Shown: one piece after another, positions 37,919 through 46,912 of the stretch
Numbering within the stretch: position 1 is the first letter of the stretch
Layout: each line of letters starts with the position of its first letter
Source of the DNA: Candidatus Micrarchaeota archaeon
GTDB taxonomy: Archaea; Micrarchaeota; Micrarchaeia; Norongarragalinales; Norongarragalinaceae
Reading direction: 5' to 3'
Length of the DNA: 64,000 bases
NCBI GenBank assembly: GCA_037444485.1
Contig: JBBIMI010000003.1
Span: 1,461-65,460, forward strand
The notes under the pieces: model-generated
Told to the model about the DNA's origin: nothing
The model's database searches: none
Seen by the model: the letters and a program-made list of their open reading frames with translations, nothing else
Translations under genes and position numbers: made by a program

Positions 37919-38437
37919 CTAAGCGTGGAGTTCAGCGAAAACTATTCCTTCCTTGTCTTTGCTCGCGTTCACGCTGATTTTCTTCGGCGGCTTGCGTGAG
38001 CCGCGCGCGTGAAGCGCGTTCGCGAGCTTGACGTCGATGCGTATCTTGTCCGCGTCTGTCTTAAAGTGCTTCGCTAGAAAAACGCGCAGCATCCTGCTAG
38101 CCGCGTTTCCGCGCAGCGAACGCGGTTTCGCGTAAGCGTCCGCTAACGGGATGGTGTAAACGCGTTGGAGGACTACTTCGCGCTTGGGCTTCGCTTCCTT
38201 TTCTTTTTTTTCCTTCGGCTTCGCGCCTGCAGGTGCGGGGGTTGGAACGCTTGGCTTCGGCGCGGGTTTCGCTTCGAGAGCAAGAGTTTTTTTAAGAACA
38301 GGTGTTTTCCCTTCCAGTTTTTCGATTTCTTGTTTTTTCTTTGCTTCCTCGACGCCGCCCGCAGGCTTTTCTTCTACGAGTTTTTCCTCGCGTTTTTTCT
38401 CTTCAGGCGATTTAAATATTTTTTCTTCGTCAGGCAC
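37919..38437 (-). CDS. rpl31e: 50S ribosomal protein eL31 with long N-terminal extension
   Basis: RVYTIPL..HFK..RGSRKPPKKI. Confidence 0.92.
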   Translation of the reverse strand: MPDEEKIFKSPEEKKREEKLVEEKPAGGVEEAKKKQEIEKLEGKTPVLKKTLALEAKPAPKPSVPTPAPAGAKPKEKKEKEAKPKREVVLQRVYTIPLADAYAKPRSLRGNAASRMLRVFLAKHFKTDADKIRIDVKLANALHARGSRKPPKKISVNASKDKEGIVFAELHA

Positions 38438-38493
38438 TTAAGACACCTTTCCTTTGCTTTCCCTTCTCCGCTTCCTTTTCCTTATAATTTGTT

Positions 38494-38658
38494 TTACTTT
38501 ATTTTGATTTTGAGTCTTCTAAAACGCCAGCTGCGCGCTTTAGGATTGCGTGTGACGCGCCTGCGCGTGCGCGCAATCACGAAAATTGGTATCCGCCTGT
38601 TTTGGCGCAGTTTTTTCGCCAAGATTTTTTTCTTCGTGAAACTCTTGTTTCGAGCCAT
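38494..38658 (-). CDS. rpl39e: 50S ribosomal protein eL39
   Basis: Manual translation MARNKSFTKKKILAKKLRQNRRIPIFVIARTRRRVTRNPKARSWRFRRLKIKIK (54 aa, below the track cutoff). Confidence 0.95.
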   Translation of the reverse strand: MARNKSFTKKKILAKKLRQNRRIPIFVIARTRRRVTRNPKARSWRFRRLKIKIK

Positions 38659-38699
38659 TCAGTAAAACGCCTTCCCCAAAAAATTTGTTTTTTTTGTTT

Positions 38700-39017
38700 C
38701 TATTTCTTTAAGCGGGTTATCGTCGTTTCCCTTCTTTGTTTTGAAAGTATTTTTGAAATCAGTTGCGTGAGTTGTTGTTCAGTCAACCTTCCAGTAATTT
38801 GTCCGTTTTGGTATAAGTACAACAACAATTGCGTTAATTGTGCGTAGAGTTCAAGGTTTGCAGAGCGAATGTTAGCCAAGCGTTCGTACGCTTCTGGTTC
38901 AAGCAGTTGTTTCAGCAACTGCCTGCGCTGCAGTTCAAGTATTCTTTGTTGTTGTAGTTCCGCGAGTTGCTTGCGTAACGCGGTTTGCCCGTTGTCTTCC
39001 TCGTTTTCTTCCTCCAT
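38700..39017 (-). CDS. PDCD5-like DNA-binding protein
   Basis: LEPEAYERLANIR; conserved position between S19e and L39e. Confidence 0.93.
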   Translation of the reverse strand: MEEENEEDNGQTALRKQLAELQQQRILELQRRQLLKQLLEPEAYERLANIRSANLELYAQLTQLLLYLYQNGQITGRLTEQQLTQLISKILSKQRRETTITRLKK

Positions 39018-39041
39018 TTTACTGTTCCTTCAAAGCTTTAT

Positions 39042-39446
39042 TCACGCGGCTGCCTTGTCGAGCAAAGATTTTCCCGCGTTCGTTATGATTCTTCCGCCAG
39101 TCTTTTCTTTTTTCACTAGGCCTGCTGCCTCGAGTTGTTGTAGCGCGACTCGAATTATTTTCCCGCCGCCGGCAACGTGGTGGGCGCGGGAAACAGTGTG
39201 CTCGCTCCTTCCACCGTACTTGTGGCGCAAGCGGCGCACTCCCTTTTTTCCATGCACGTAAAGAGAACGCAGTATTGAAGCGCAGCGTAAGAACCAGAAG
39301 TCTTCTTGTTCCGGCAAGCGTTCTCTTGAAACGCCGGTTTTGGCTGACAAAACCCAGTCAGGCGTCTTGATTGCCGGGTTTTTCTTTAATTCTTCAGCCA
39401 ACTTCTTGATTACGTGATTTGCTGAAACTTCCAAAGCTGAAGGCAA
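39042..39446 (-). CDS. rps19e: 30S ribosomal protein eS19
   Basis: KTGVSRER..DFWFLRCASILR..KYGG..IIRVALQQLE; likely TTG start 39446. Confidence 0.95.
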   Translation of the reverse strand: MPSALEVSANHVIKKLAEELKKNPAIKTPDWVLSAKTGVSRERLPEQEDFWFLRCASILRSLYVHGKKGVRRLRHKYGGRSEHTVSRAHHVAGGGKIIRVALQQLEAAGLVKKEKTGGRIITNAGKSLLDKAAA

Positions 39447-39538
39447 GACAAAACCACCCCCATGCAAAAACAAAACGAAAACAAAACAAAAAAGCAGAAC
39501 ACTCTTTTCTCAACAAATTATTTTTTGGTTAAAGAGAT

Positions 39539-39841
39539 TTAAAAAACCTGTGTCGCCTGCTTTTTATACTGGAAACGCCTGACGTAGCCGCACTCGACGC
39601 AAGAGTAAGTTACTACCTTCTTGCTGCTTGACTGCCGCACGCGCAGCGTGCGGCCAGGAATCCACACCGTTCCGCACTTTCTACAGAATTCCCGCGAACC
39701 TAAATGCAGCCTGTGGCGTTCGGCAACGCGGCGCGCGAGCGCCACGTAGTGCTTGGAAAGCGCGGGTTCGAAAGCGAAAACCTCGCGCGCTAGGCGCAAG
39801 AGTTTTTCGCAACGCTGCAAGGCAATCTCGTTCAAATCCAT
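39539..39841 (-). CDS. rnp4: RNase P protein Rpp21
   Basis: IALQR..YV.LARR, FCRKC..CVECG. Confidence 0.9.
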   Translation of the reverse strand: MDLNEIALQRCEKLLRLAREVFAFEPALSKHYVALARRVAERHRLHLGSREFCRKCGTVWIPGRTLRVRQSSSKKVVTYSCVECGYVRRFQYKKQATQVF

Positions 39842-39916
39842 TTTAGTTCGAAAGTATTTAAACTGCCGACGATTTAAAACCAGGGTTTTTCAAACCCTTT
39901 AAGTGGTTTTTAGAGG

Positions 39917-40354
39917 GTGGCTGGTTTCGTGAAGCCCGACTTGTTCAAGATAAGCGTGCGCGCTTTGATTCAAGACAGCGACAAAGTGCTTTTGGCGAAA
40001 AAGGCTTTTGGCGAAAGAGGATTACGAGGAGTTTGGGAAACGCCGGGCGGAAAGCTAAAGGAGGGGGAAAGCGTCTTCGACTGCTTGAAGCGCGAGGTTG
40101 AGGAAGAAACCGGTTACGAAGCTCACCCAGAAGAAATTCTTGATTTCGTAGTGGGGCGCAAGCCCGAGCACAACGTCAGCCGCTTGCACTTGATCTTCAA
40201 GTGCAGGCTTGACTACGGAAAAAAGGCGAAAATCAAGGAAGGCGTGAAAATCAAGTGTTTTACTCTCAAAGAACTCAAGAAAATGGTTGAAGAACGCCAG
40301 ACCGACTGGCACGACGAGAAAGTCTTCACACAAATCACGCAAATACCGAAGTGA
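39917..40354 (+). CDS. NUDIX hydrolase
   Basis: Nudix box GGKLKEGES..LKREVEEETG. Confidence 0.92.
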   Translation: MAGFVKPDLFKISVRALIQDSDKVLLAKKAFGERGLRGVWETPGGKLKEGESVFDCLKREVEEETGYEAHPEEILDFVVGRKPEHNVSRLHLIFKCRLDYGKKAKIKEGVKIKCFTLKELKKMVEERQTDWHDEKVFTQITQIPK

Positions 40355-40431
40355 AACCTTGAAGTATCTTGAAGTAAAAACACCTCTAAGCAAAAATTAT
40401 TCTAAAAAATTAAAAGAAACAGGAAAGCGAG

Positions 40432-40545
40432 TGGGCCTGCGGGGATTTGAACCCCGGCCTTCCAGTTCGCCCAGCAGCGCGAGCCGCAAGGCGGCTCGTG
40501 CTTCGTATAAGACTGGCACTCTAGACCAGGCTGAGTTACAGGCCC
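40432..40545 (-). tRNA. tRNA-Ile(UAU) with 38-nt intron at 37/38 (40468-40505)
   Basis: Acceptor GGGCCTG/CAGGCCC, discriminator A, anticodon stem CCAGT/ACTGG, loop CT-TAT-A; BHB-like helix CTTA/TGGG. Confidence 0.92.
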
Positions 40546-40627
40546 GCTTGCGCCAGCTTTGTTTAAAGCGAGCTTTACTATAGCCTTACTGAAACTAAAG
40601 TAAAACTAAAATGTTATATTATTATGC

Positions 40628-41149
40628 GTGAATGAATTAAAACCGTTTATGCAAACTGGTTTTCAACGACTGCGTTACGCCGACTTTCTAACCCTAACGA
40701 ACGCGTTAACTGGATTGACTGCAGGAACGCTTGCCTTGCTTGACGCGTTTATTCCAGCAGTTTTATTCTTCACTGTTTCGCTTGCGCTTGATTTTGTTGA
40801 CGGCATCGCCGCCCGCATGAACGCCGCGACCGCGTTCGGGAGAGAACTAGATTCGTTGAGCGACATCATCGCGTTCGGCGTCGCACCAGTGTTCTTCGCT
40901 CTTTCATTAACGCATTTCAACGCAATTGTTTTCTTCACCGCATTATTCTATGTTTACTGTGGAGTGCTGCGCTTGGCGCGTTTCAACATTCAAAAGAAAA
41001 AACGCGTGTTTTTCGGGTTACCGATCCCAGTTGCAGGCGCGCTCGCCGTCGCAACCGCTTTCTTAACGCCTGCATTCACGCCAACAGCGTTCGTTGTTTT
41101 AGGAATCGCGATGACGTTGTCTTTCAAAATCAAGAAGCCTTTCGCGTAA
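40628..41149 (+). CDS. pssA: CDP-alcohol phosphatidyltransferase (archaetidylserine synthase-like)
   Basis: DFVDGIAAR..FGRELDSLSD, LRLARFN, FFGLPIP. Confidence 0.9.
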   Translation: MNELKPFMQTGFQRLRYADFLTLTNALTGLTAGTLALLDAFIPAVLFFTVSLALDFVDGIAARMNAATAFGRELDSLSDIIAFGVAPVFFALSLTHFNAIVFFTALFYVYCGVLRLARFNIQKKKRVFFGLPIPVAGALAVATAFLTPAFTPTAFVVLGIAMTLSFKIKKPFA

Positions 41150-41689
41150 TCAACCGAGTTTTATTAATTCTATATTCTCGTATTTCGGCCCATTCGGCGT
41201 GAGCGTGCTTTTCTTGAAAGCGAGTTCTCGCACCAGCGTCCTGCCGAAGACGGTTTGCGAATGCTTTTCCTTCAGCGCTCGCAGCGCGTCAAGATTCTTT
41301 GGTTTTTTGACTCGCGCGAGCGAAACGTGTCCTTTGAAGCCGCGCTCGTCACGTGCGCCAAGCGCGTTCGCGAGTTTCTCTTGCAGTTCAAACAATTCTG
41401 GCGAAAGAGATTCAGCGTAAAAAACGCGGATGAACCGCTCGTTCGGAAGAAAACCGAGTCCCTTGACTTCTAGAGAAAAAGGTTTTGCATTCAAACAAAC
41501 TTTTTTTATTGCTGAGATTTTCTCGCGCGCTTGGTCTTCAGTCAAATCGCCGAAAAACAAGAGGGTAACGTGCAGTATTTGCGGGTCTACGAAAACAGCT
41601 TGCACTCCAGCGTTCTTCGCTTCCTCGATCACTCGCGCGAGCGCGTCACGCGTTTCTTCACTTAATTCGATCGCCAAAAAACAACGCAT
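41150..41689 (-). CDS. thpR: RNA 2',3'-cyclic phosphodiesterase (2H family)
   Basis: MRCFLAI, HVTL and HVSL motifs, STLTPNGPKY. Confidence 0.93.
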   Translation of the reverse strand: MRCFLAIELSEETRDALARVIEEAKNAGVQAVFVDPQILHVTLLFFGDLTEDQAREKISAIKKVCLNAKPFSLEVKGLGFLPNERFIRVFYAESLSPELFELQEKLANALGARDERGFKGHVSLARVKKPKNLDALRALKEKHSQTVFGRTLVRELAFKKSTLTPNGPKYENIELIKLG

Positions 41690-42463
41690 TCAACGCAGCC
41701 TCTTTCTGTTGAAAAGCACGTAGAACAACAAAAAAACAGCTAGGAAGACTAGAATGGTTTTAATGGTTTCGTTATTGACGATTTTCTTGCCGCGGTCGAG
41801 CAATTCGCTTAAAGTGTTTTCTTTAATGTTTTCTTTAAGCAGTTCTGATGGCTGGAGGCTAGAAGTCGGTCGAGTCGGCGTGAGAGCGTCCTGTAAACCG
41901 ATTTCTTGCTTGACGAACGCGATTACTCGCTGCAAGTCGCTTGCAGATAATGAAAAGCATTGGTTCGGCGCGTTGCAGCACTGCGTGATTGAAAAATTGT
42001 TTGGGTTTTTCTTTACCGCGTCGCCGACTTTGTCTTCGAAAGGCTTGTGGCAGCCTTCATAATCCTCGTTAACGATCTCGTGCATCACGTCAACAGCGTC
42101 GCTTAAGTAGTGGCTCGCCACCGCTAAACTAAAGATTTTCGCGCAACCTTCCTCGCGACTCGCATTCACAACCAGCCTGCGGGCTTTCTCGACAGCAGGA
42201 CAGTCGAGTTTTTGCGGACAATAACTTGAATCGTTTACCGGGCAAACAGAATTATAACAATGGTGGTTTGCGAAGTCTCTAGAAACGTTGTCTGGAAAAA
42301 CGCTGCCTTCATCCGCAGCGCCAGCGCACACAGGCGACTCCAACAACAAGGGCGCGAGCGCTTGACGCGCGATGTAGCGGTGCGCATCCCAATCCCAAGC
42401 GTTTGCAAAACCCGTGCTCACGAAAAACAAAACGAAAACAATCGCCGCAAGCAAAAACTTCAT
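41690..42463 (-). CDS. Secreted, membrane-anchored Zn-dependent phospholipase C / S1-P1 nuclease-fold protein
   Basis: Signal peptide ANA|W, W....H, PD, HH, HYLSD...MH, H..FED; C-terminal TM. Confidence 0.8.
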   Translation of the reverse strand: MKFLLAAIVFVLFFVSTGFANAWDWDAHRYIARQALAPLLLESPVCAGAADEGSVFPDNVSRDFANHHCYNSVCPVNDSSYCPQKLDCPAVEKARRLVVNASREEGCAKIFSLAVASHYLSDAVDVMHEIVNEDYEGCHKPFEDKVGDAVKKNPNNFSITQCCNAPNQCFSLSASDLQRVIAFVKQEIGLQDALTPTRPTSSLQPSELLKENIKENTLSELLDRGKKIVNNETIKTILVFLAVFLLFYVLFNRKRLR

Positions 42464-42524
42464 GAGTAAAGCTTTAAAGCAAAGGTTTTTTAATTAGTTA
42501 CAGAAATGCTTGAAATAACTTTAA

Positions 42525-42800
42525 TGCGGAAAAAAAGAATTGAAAAAAGAATTGAAAAAATGAAAAAAAGCTGAAAAAAGTTGAAGAACTGAAAAATAGA
42601 ACTAAAGAAATTGGGAAAAGAGTTGAAAAAAAACTGAAAAAACAAAGGAAAACTGAAGAAAAAGGAAAACTGAAGAAAAAGAGGATCGAAGAAAAACTGA
42701 AAAATAAAGAAAAACAGGGTTAAAAAAAGGAATTAAAAAAAGGAATTAAAAAACTGGGGGGAAATTGGAGGAAAAGAGAGTTGGAAAAAAGTTGGTTTTT
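42525..42800. repeat. A-rich degenerate tandem tract (AAAAAAGAATTG-like, ~10-18 bp units)
   Basis: AAAAAAGAATTG x2, AAAGGAAAACTGAAGAAAA x2, AAAAAAAGGAATT x2. Confidence 0.8.
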
Positions 42801-42804
42801 TGAA

Positions 42805-43659
42805 ATGAAGCGCGTTAATCGAATCCAAAACACGTTGATTGTTTTCACGTTGTTTCTCTCGTTCTTTGCGCCCAGCGTTTCCGCCAGCAATCTTACAGTA
42901 ATCGAACCAGTCTCGCAAACCGCAGGCGCAGGCGACGTAGTAGACTTAGGCGTTGTTGGGCCCGGACAAAAACTCGAGGTTGCAGCGACTCGCGCGAGCG
43001 GCGAGAAAGCGAAAAACATCGCTTTCGAGAAGGAAGCTGGTTGGGACAGGCTTTTCGTGATTCCGAGCGAACTCCCGCCAGGCTGGAGTTTCGAGGACAG
43101 CAAGTGGTACGAAGAACGAATGCACGTTTTCGTGACTGTCTCGCGCGACGCTGAAGACGGAATTTATTTCTTTAAAACGCGGGCTTTCGACGAATACGAA
43201 GGCGTTCCAGCGCTTGAAACCACTTTCAAAGTCACGGTGTCCCGCGACTTGCTTGAAGCAGGGTTGCTCGAAAAAACAATTTCAGTTGGCGTCGAACAGC
43301 CGGCTTTGTTTTACTTGCGCTTGAAAAACAAAAGCAGCGCGAGCGACGTTTTCGAAATCAAAGTTAGCGGGCCTCCTTCCACCGGCGTTGGAGTCACGCG
43401 AAAAGCGTACTTGCGTCACAACAGCGAAGACTTTATTCCAATCGAGTTGTTTGAAGGCGAGCGAGGCGAGTACGCGGTGCGTTTCGACGTCAAGTCGCTT
43501 TCGAGCGACGCGATTAACGCGCGCGAGTCTGCAACGCTACTCGTGTTCACTTCGCTACTGCACGACATGCAAGCGGTTTCGCATGGAGTGCTCTTGTTTC
43601 CGACTGCTGAACAACCAGTTTACGCGCTCTTGGGCTTGATTGCGGAAATCTTTTCTTGA
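42805..43659 (+). CDS. Hypothetical secreted protein with Ig-like beta domains
   Basis: Signal peptide, DLGVVGPGQ, beta-rich body, hydrophobic C-terminus; ATG 42805. Confidence 0.75.
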   Translation: MKRVNRIQNTLIVFTLFLSFFAPSVSASNLTVIEPVSQTAGAGDVVDLGVVGPGQKLEVAATRASGEKAKNIAFEKEAGWDRLFVIPSELPPGWSFEDSKWYEERMHVFVTVSRDAEDGIYFFKTRAFDEYEGVPALETTFKVTVSRDLLEAGLLEKTISVGVEQPALFYLRLKNKSSASDVFEIKVSGPPSTGVGVTRKAYLRHNSEDFIPIELFEGERGEYAVRFDVKSLSSDAINARESATLLVFTSLLHDMQAVSHGVLLFPTAEQPVYALLGLIAEIFS

Positions 43660-43760
43660 CTCAACAAGACTTTTTTTCTTTTTAAATTCTTTATTTCTAA
43701 ATTCTTTACTAGCAAAAAAATTTTTTACTAGCCAAAAAAGTTATTCGGCGGATTTGGTTC

Positions 43761-45263
43761 ATGCGCAAAAAATTTACTAAAACCGAACTAGAAAAATTAA
43801 AGCGCGTTTTCGCGGGCGAACGCGGGTTGAAGAAAGTTCCGCGTAACTCTGATTTCTTGAGAGTAGTCAGCGTAACTCCCCGCGAACGCAAGGAACTGCG
43901 CACGCGGCCAGTGCGTTCGCTGAGCGGGGTCAGCGTGATTGCAATCATGACGAAGCCAATGCCGTGCCCGGGCGCTTGCGTTTACTGCGTGGACAGCCCG
44001 CTCGCGCCCAAGAGTTACACTGGCTTTGAACCAGCTGCGCTGCGCGCGCGCCAAAACAATTTCGACGCGTTTCAACAAGTCGAATCGCGCTTGCGGCAAT
44101 TGCGGGAAATCGGGCACGAGCCAAGCAAGTGCGAACTCGTCGTAATGGGCGGGACTTTCAACTCGCTGCCGCTCGCTTACCAAAAGAGTTTCTTGAAGAA
44201 GGCGTTCGACGCTTTCAACGAGGTTGAAAGCCCTTCGCTCGAGCAAGCGCTTAAGGAAAACGAGCGGGCGCGATACCGCGTTGTCGGCGTGACTTTCGAA
44301 ACGCGGCCAGACTGGTGTTCAAGAGAGCACGTCAAGCAAATGCTTTCTTACGGCGCTACGCGCATCGAACTAGGCGTGCAGTGTCTCGACGACTCTGTTT
44401 ACGAAAAAATGCTACGCGGCCACAGCGTAGAGGACGTCGCCAATGCGACGCGCGAGTGCAAAAACGCTTTCCTTAAAGTAGGTTTTCATTGCATGCCAGG
44501 TTTGGTTGAAAGCGAAGCGCGGGACGAACGCATTTTCGCGAAAATCTTCAGCGACGAACGCTTTCGGCCAGATATGCTTAAACTTTATCCAGTCCTAGTA
44601 ATGCCTGGAACAGAATTGTACGAGCAGTGGCAACGAGGCGAATTCAAGCCGTACGACGAAAAGCAAGCGGCACGCGTTATAGCACGCATGAAACGCTTGG
44701 TGCCGCGTTACTGTAGGATAATGAGGGTTGAGCGCGACATCCCCACTAACTTGATTGCTGCAGGAGTCAAGAAAAGCAACCTCAGAGAACTCGCAAACGC
44801 GGAAATGCGTGAACGCGGTTGGAAGTGTTCTTGCATTAGATGCCGCGAGGTTGGCTTAAAACAATTGAAAGAAGGAATCAAAATCGATTTCAGCAAGCTC
44901 GAACTCAACAGCTTAAATTATCAAGCGAGCGGTGGGACTGAAGTGTTCCTCAGTTTTGACGACGCGGAGACGGACGCGTTGGCCGCATTCCTGCGTCTTC
45001 GCGTTAACGCTGACGGAGTTGTTGGAGTGCGAGAACTACGCGTGTTCGGCGAGCAAGTCGCAGTCGGCGAAGAGCCGAAAGCAAACAGCATGGCAGTGCA
45101 ACACAAGAGCTTGGGCCGCAAGCTGCTTTCACGAGCAGAGGAAATCGCGAAAAACGAGTTCGACGCGCGAAAACTCTTTGTTTTAAGCGGCGTTGGAGCA
45201 AAACATTACTACAGGAAGCTCGGCTACCGCGACGACGGTTTCTACGTCTCCAAAAAACTGTGA
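43761..45263 (+). CDS. elp3: tRNA U34 carboxymethyltransferase Elp3
   Basis: RSLSGV, CPGACVYC, MGGTF, ETRPD, QH..LG, YYRKLGY. Confidence 0.96.
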   Translation: MRKKFTKTELEKLKRVFAGERGLKKVPRNSDFLRVVSVTPRERKELRTRPVRSLSGVSVIAIMTKPMPCPGACVYCVDSPLAPKSYTGFEPAALRARQNNFDAFQQVESRLRQLREIGHEPSKCELVVMGGTFNSLPLAYQKSFLKKAFDAFNEVESPSLEQALKENERARYRVVGVTFETRPDWCSREHVKQMLSYGATRIELGVQCLDDSVYEKMLRGHSVEDVANATRECKNAFLKVGFHCMPGLVESEARDERIFAKIFSDERFRPDMLKLYPVLVMPGTELYEQWQRGEFKPYDEKQAARVIARMKRLVPRYCRIMRVERDIPTNLIAAGVKKSNLRELANAEMRERGWKCSCIRCREVGLKQLKEGIKIDFSKLELNSLNYQASGGTEVFLSFDDAETDALAAFLRLRVNADGVVGVRELRVFGEQVAVGEEPKANSMAVQHKSLGRKLLSRAEEIAKNEFDARKLFVLSGVGAKHYYRKLGYRDDGFYVSKKL

Positions 45264-45289
45264 AACCTGTTGACGCATTAAAACCCATT

Positions 45290-45430
45290 AAAAAACACAA
45301 CGAAAAACACAGCACAAAACACGACGCAAAAACGACGAAAAACACAACACAAAACACGACACAAAAACACTTTAAAAAAACAATACGAAAAACACAACAC
45401 AAAACACGACGCAAAACACGACGCAAAAAA
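45290..45430. repeat. Degenerate 12-bp tandem repeat AAAACAC(G/A)AC(G/A)C
   Basis: About 10 imperfect copies between elp3 and gatD. Confidence 0.85.
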
Positions 45431-45483
45431 GAGTGAAAAAGAATAAAAAATATTAGAGTAAATATTAGAGTGGAAAAAAAGTT

Positions 45484-46833
45484 ATGACGTACTCGAAGAA
45501 AACGCGCGAGTTGCTTGAAGAAAAAAACATTGTCGAAGGAGAACGGCTGCGCGTCGTAAAAGGAAGAAACGTTTTCGAAGGCGTTCTGTTACCGCATCCT
45601 GAAGCTAGTGATGCGAGTCCGGACGCGCTTATAATCAAGTTGGATTCCGGGTACAACGCGGGAATAAAACTCGAGGCCGGGGTTACAGTCGAAAAGCTCG
45701 CCTCAAGAAAACTCGCTGCCCCAGCAAAAGAAAAACCAGTAGTTGTTTCAACTGCGGAAAAACCGCGAAACGCGCGGCTGCCCAGCGTTTCACTAATTAC
45801 AACTGGCGGGACTGTTTCGAGCAAAGTTGATTACGAGACAGGCGGCGTGAGCATGCTCATGACGCCTGAAGAGATTCTTGCGAACGTTCCGGAACTCGCA
45901 CAAGTGGCGAACGTAACGCGCGTCCACTCGCCGTTCCGCATAATGAGTGAGGACGCGACGCACAAGGAATGGCAAAAGATTGTTGTTCTCGCAGCAAAAG
46001 AAGTCAATTCAAGCGACTCGCAAGGCGTAGTAATCATGCATGGCACTGACACTCTTCACTACACGAGCGCTGCTTTGTCTTTCATGCTCCGCGATTTAAG
46101 CAAGCCTGTCGCGCTCGTCGGCGCGCAGCGTTCACCGGACAGAGGAAGCTTCGATGGCGCGATGAACCTCGCTTGCGCTGCCATCTACGCTGCTTCGCAG
46201 ATTGCTGAAGTCGCAGTTGTTATGCACGAAAGCGAGAGCGACGATTACTGTGCAGCAATTCCTGGCACGAAAGCGCGAAAAATGCATTCTTCGCGTAGGG
46301 ATGCTTTCAAGGCGATTAACGCCGAGCCGCTCGCGCGCATTTCGCCTGATGGCGTGCTTTACGAATTAACTAGAGACTACAGGAAACGCGGTGAAGGAAA
46401 AACGGTTGCGGAAACTGGTTTCGAACCTAGAGTCGCCATCGTCAAGAGTTTCCCGAGTTCGACTCCGGAAATCATTGATTTTTACGTCAGCAAGAAATTC
46501 AAGGGACTGGTGGTTGAAGGGACTGGATTAGGCCACGTTCCCACCAGCACGCTTGACGAGAAAGACAGTTGGCTGCCAGCAATCAAACGCGCTATCGACG
46601 AAGGCGTCATTATTGCTATGACCACGCAATGCATTTACGGGCGCGTGCACCCGCTGGTTTACGCAAACGCGCGTTTGCTTCAAGAAGCAGGCGTCGTTTA
46701 CTGCAGCGACATGACGAGCGAAACTACTTTCGTGAAACTCGGTTGGCTGCTAGCAAAATTCAAGAAAACAGAGGAAGTAAAAAAAGAGTTGTTGAAGAAC
46801 TACGCGCGTGAGATAAGCGAAAGAATAACTTGA
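45484..46833 (+). CDS. gatD: Glu-tRNA(Gln) amidotransferase subunit D
   Basis: KLDSGYN, TGGTVSS, HGTDT, GAQRSPDR, KMHSSRRDAF. Confidence 0.96.
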   Translation: MTYSKKTRELLEEKNIVEGERLRVVKGRNVFEGVLLPHPEASDASPDALIIKLDSGYNAGIKLEAGVTVEKLASRKLAAPAKEKPVVVSTAEKPRNARLPSVSLITTGGTVSSKVDYETGGVSMLMTPEEILANVPELAQVANVTRVHSPFRIMSEDATHKEWQKIVVLAAKEVNSSDSQGVVIMHGTDTLHYTSAALSFMLRDLSKPVALVGAQRSPDRGSFDGAMNLACAAIYAASQIAEVAVVMHESESDDYCAAIPGTKARKMHSSRRDAFKAINAEPLARISPDGVLYELTRDYRKRGEGKTVAETGFEPRVAIVKSFPSSTPEIIDFYVSKKFKGLVVEGTGLGHVPTSTLDEKDSWLPAIKRAIDEGVIIAMTTQCIYGRVHPLVYANARLLQEAGVVYCSDMTSETTFVKLGWLLAKFKKTEEVKKELLKNYAREISERIT

Positions 46834-46912
46834 AGCGAATTCTAGCTTCAAACTAATTTCAACAAACTAGTTTTAATTCAACAAACTAGTTTTAAACTAA
46901 TTTAATCAACCT

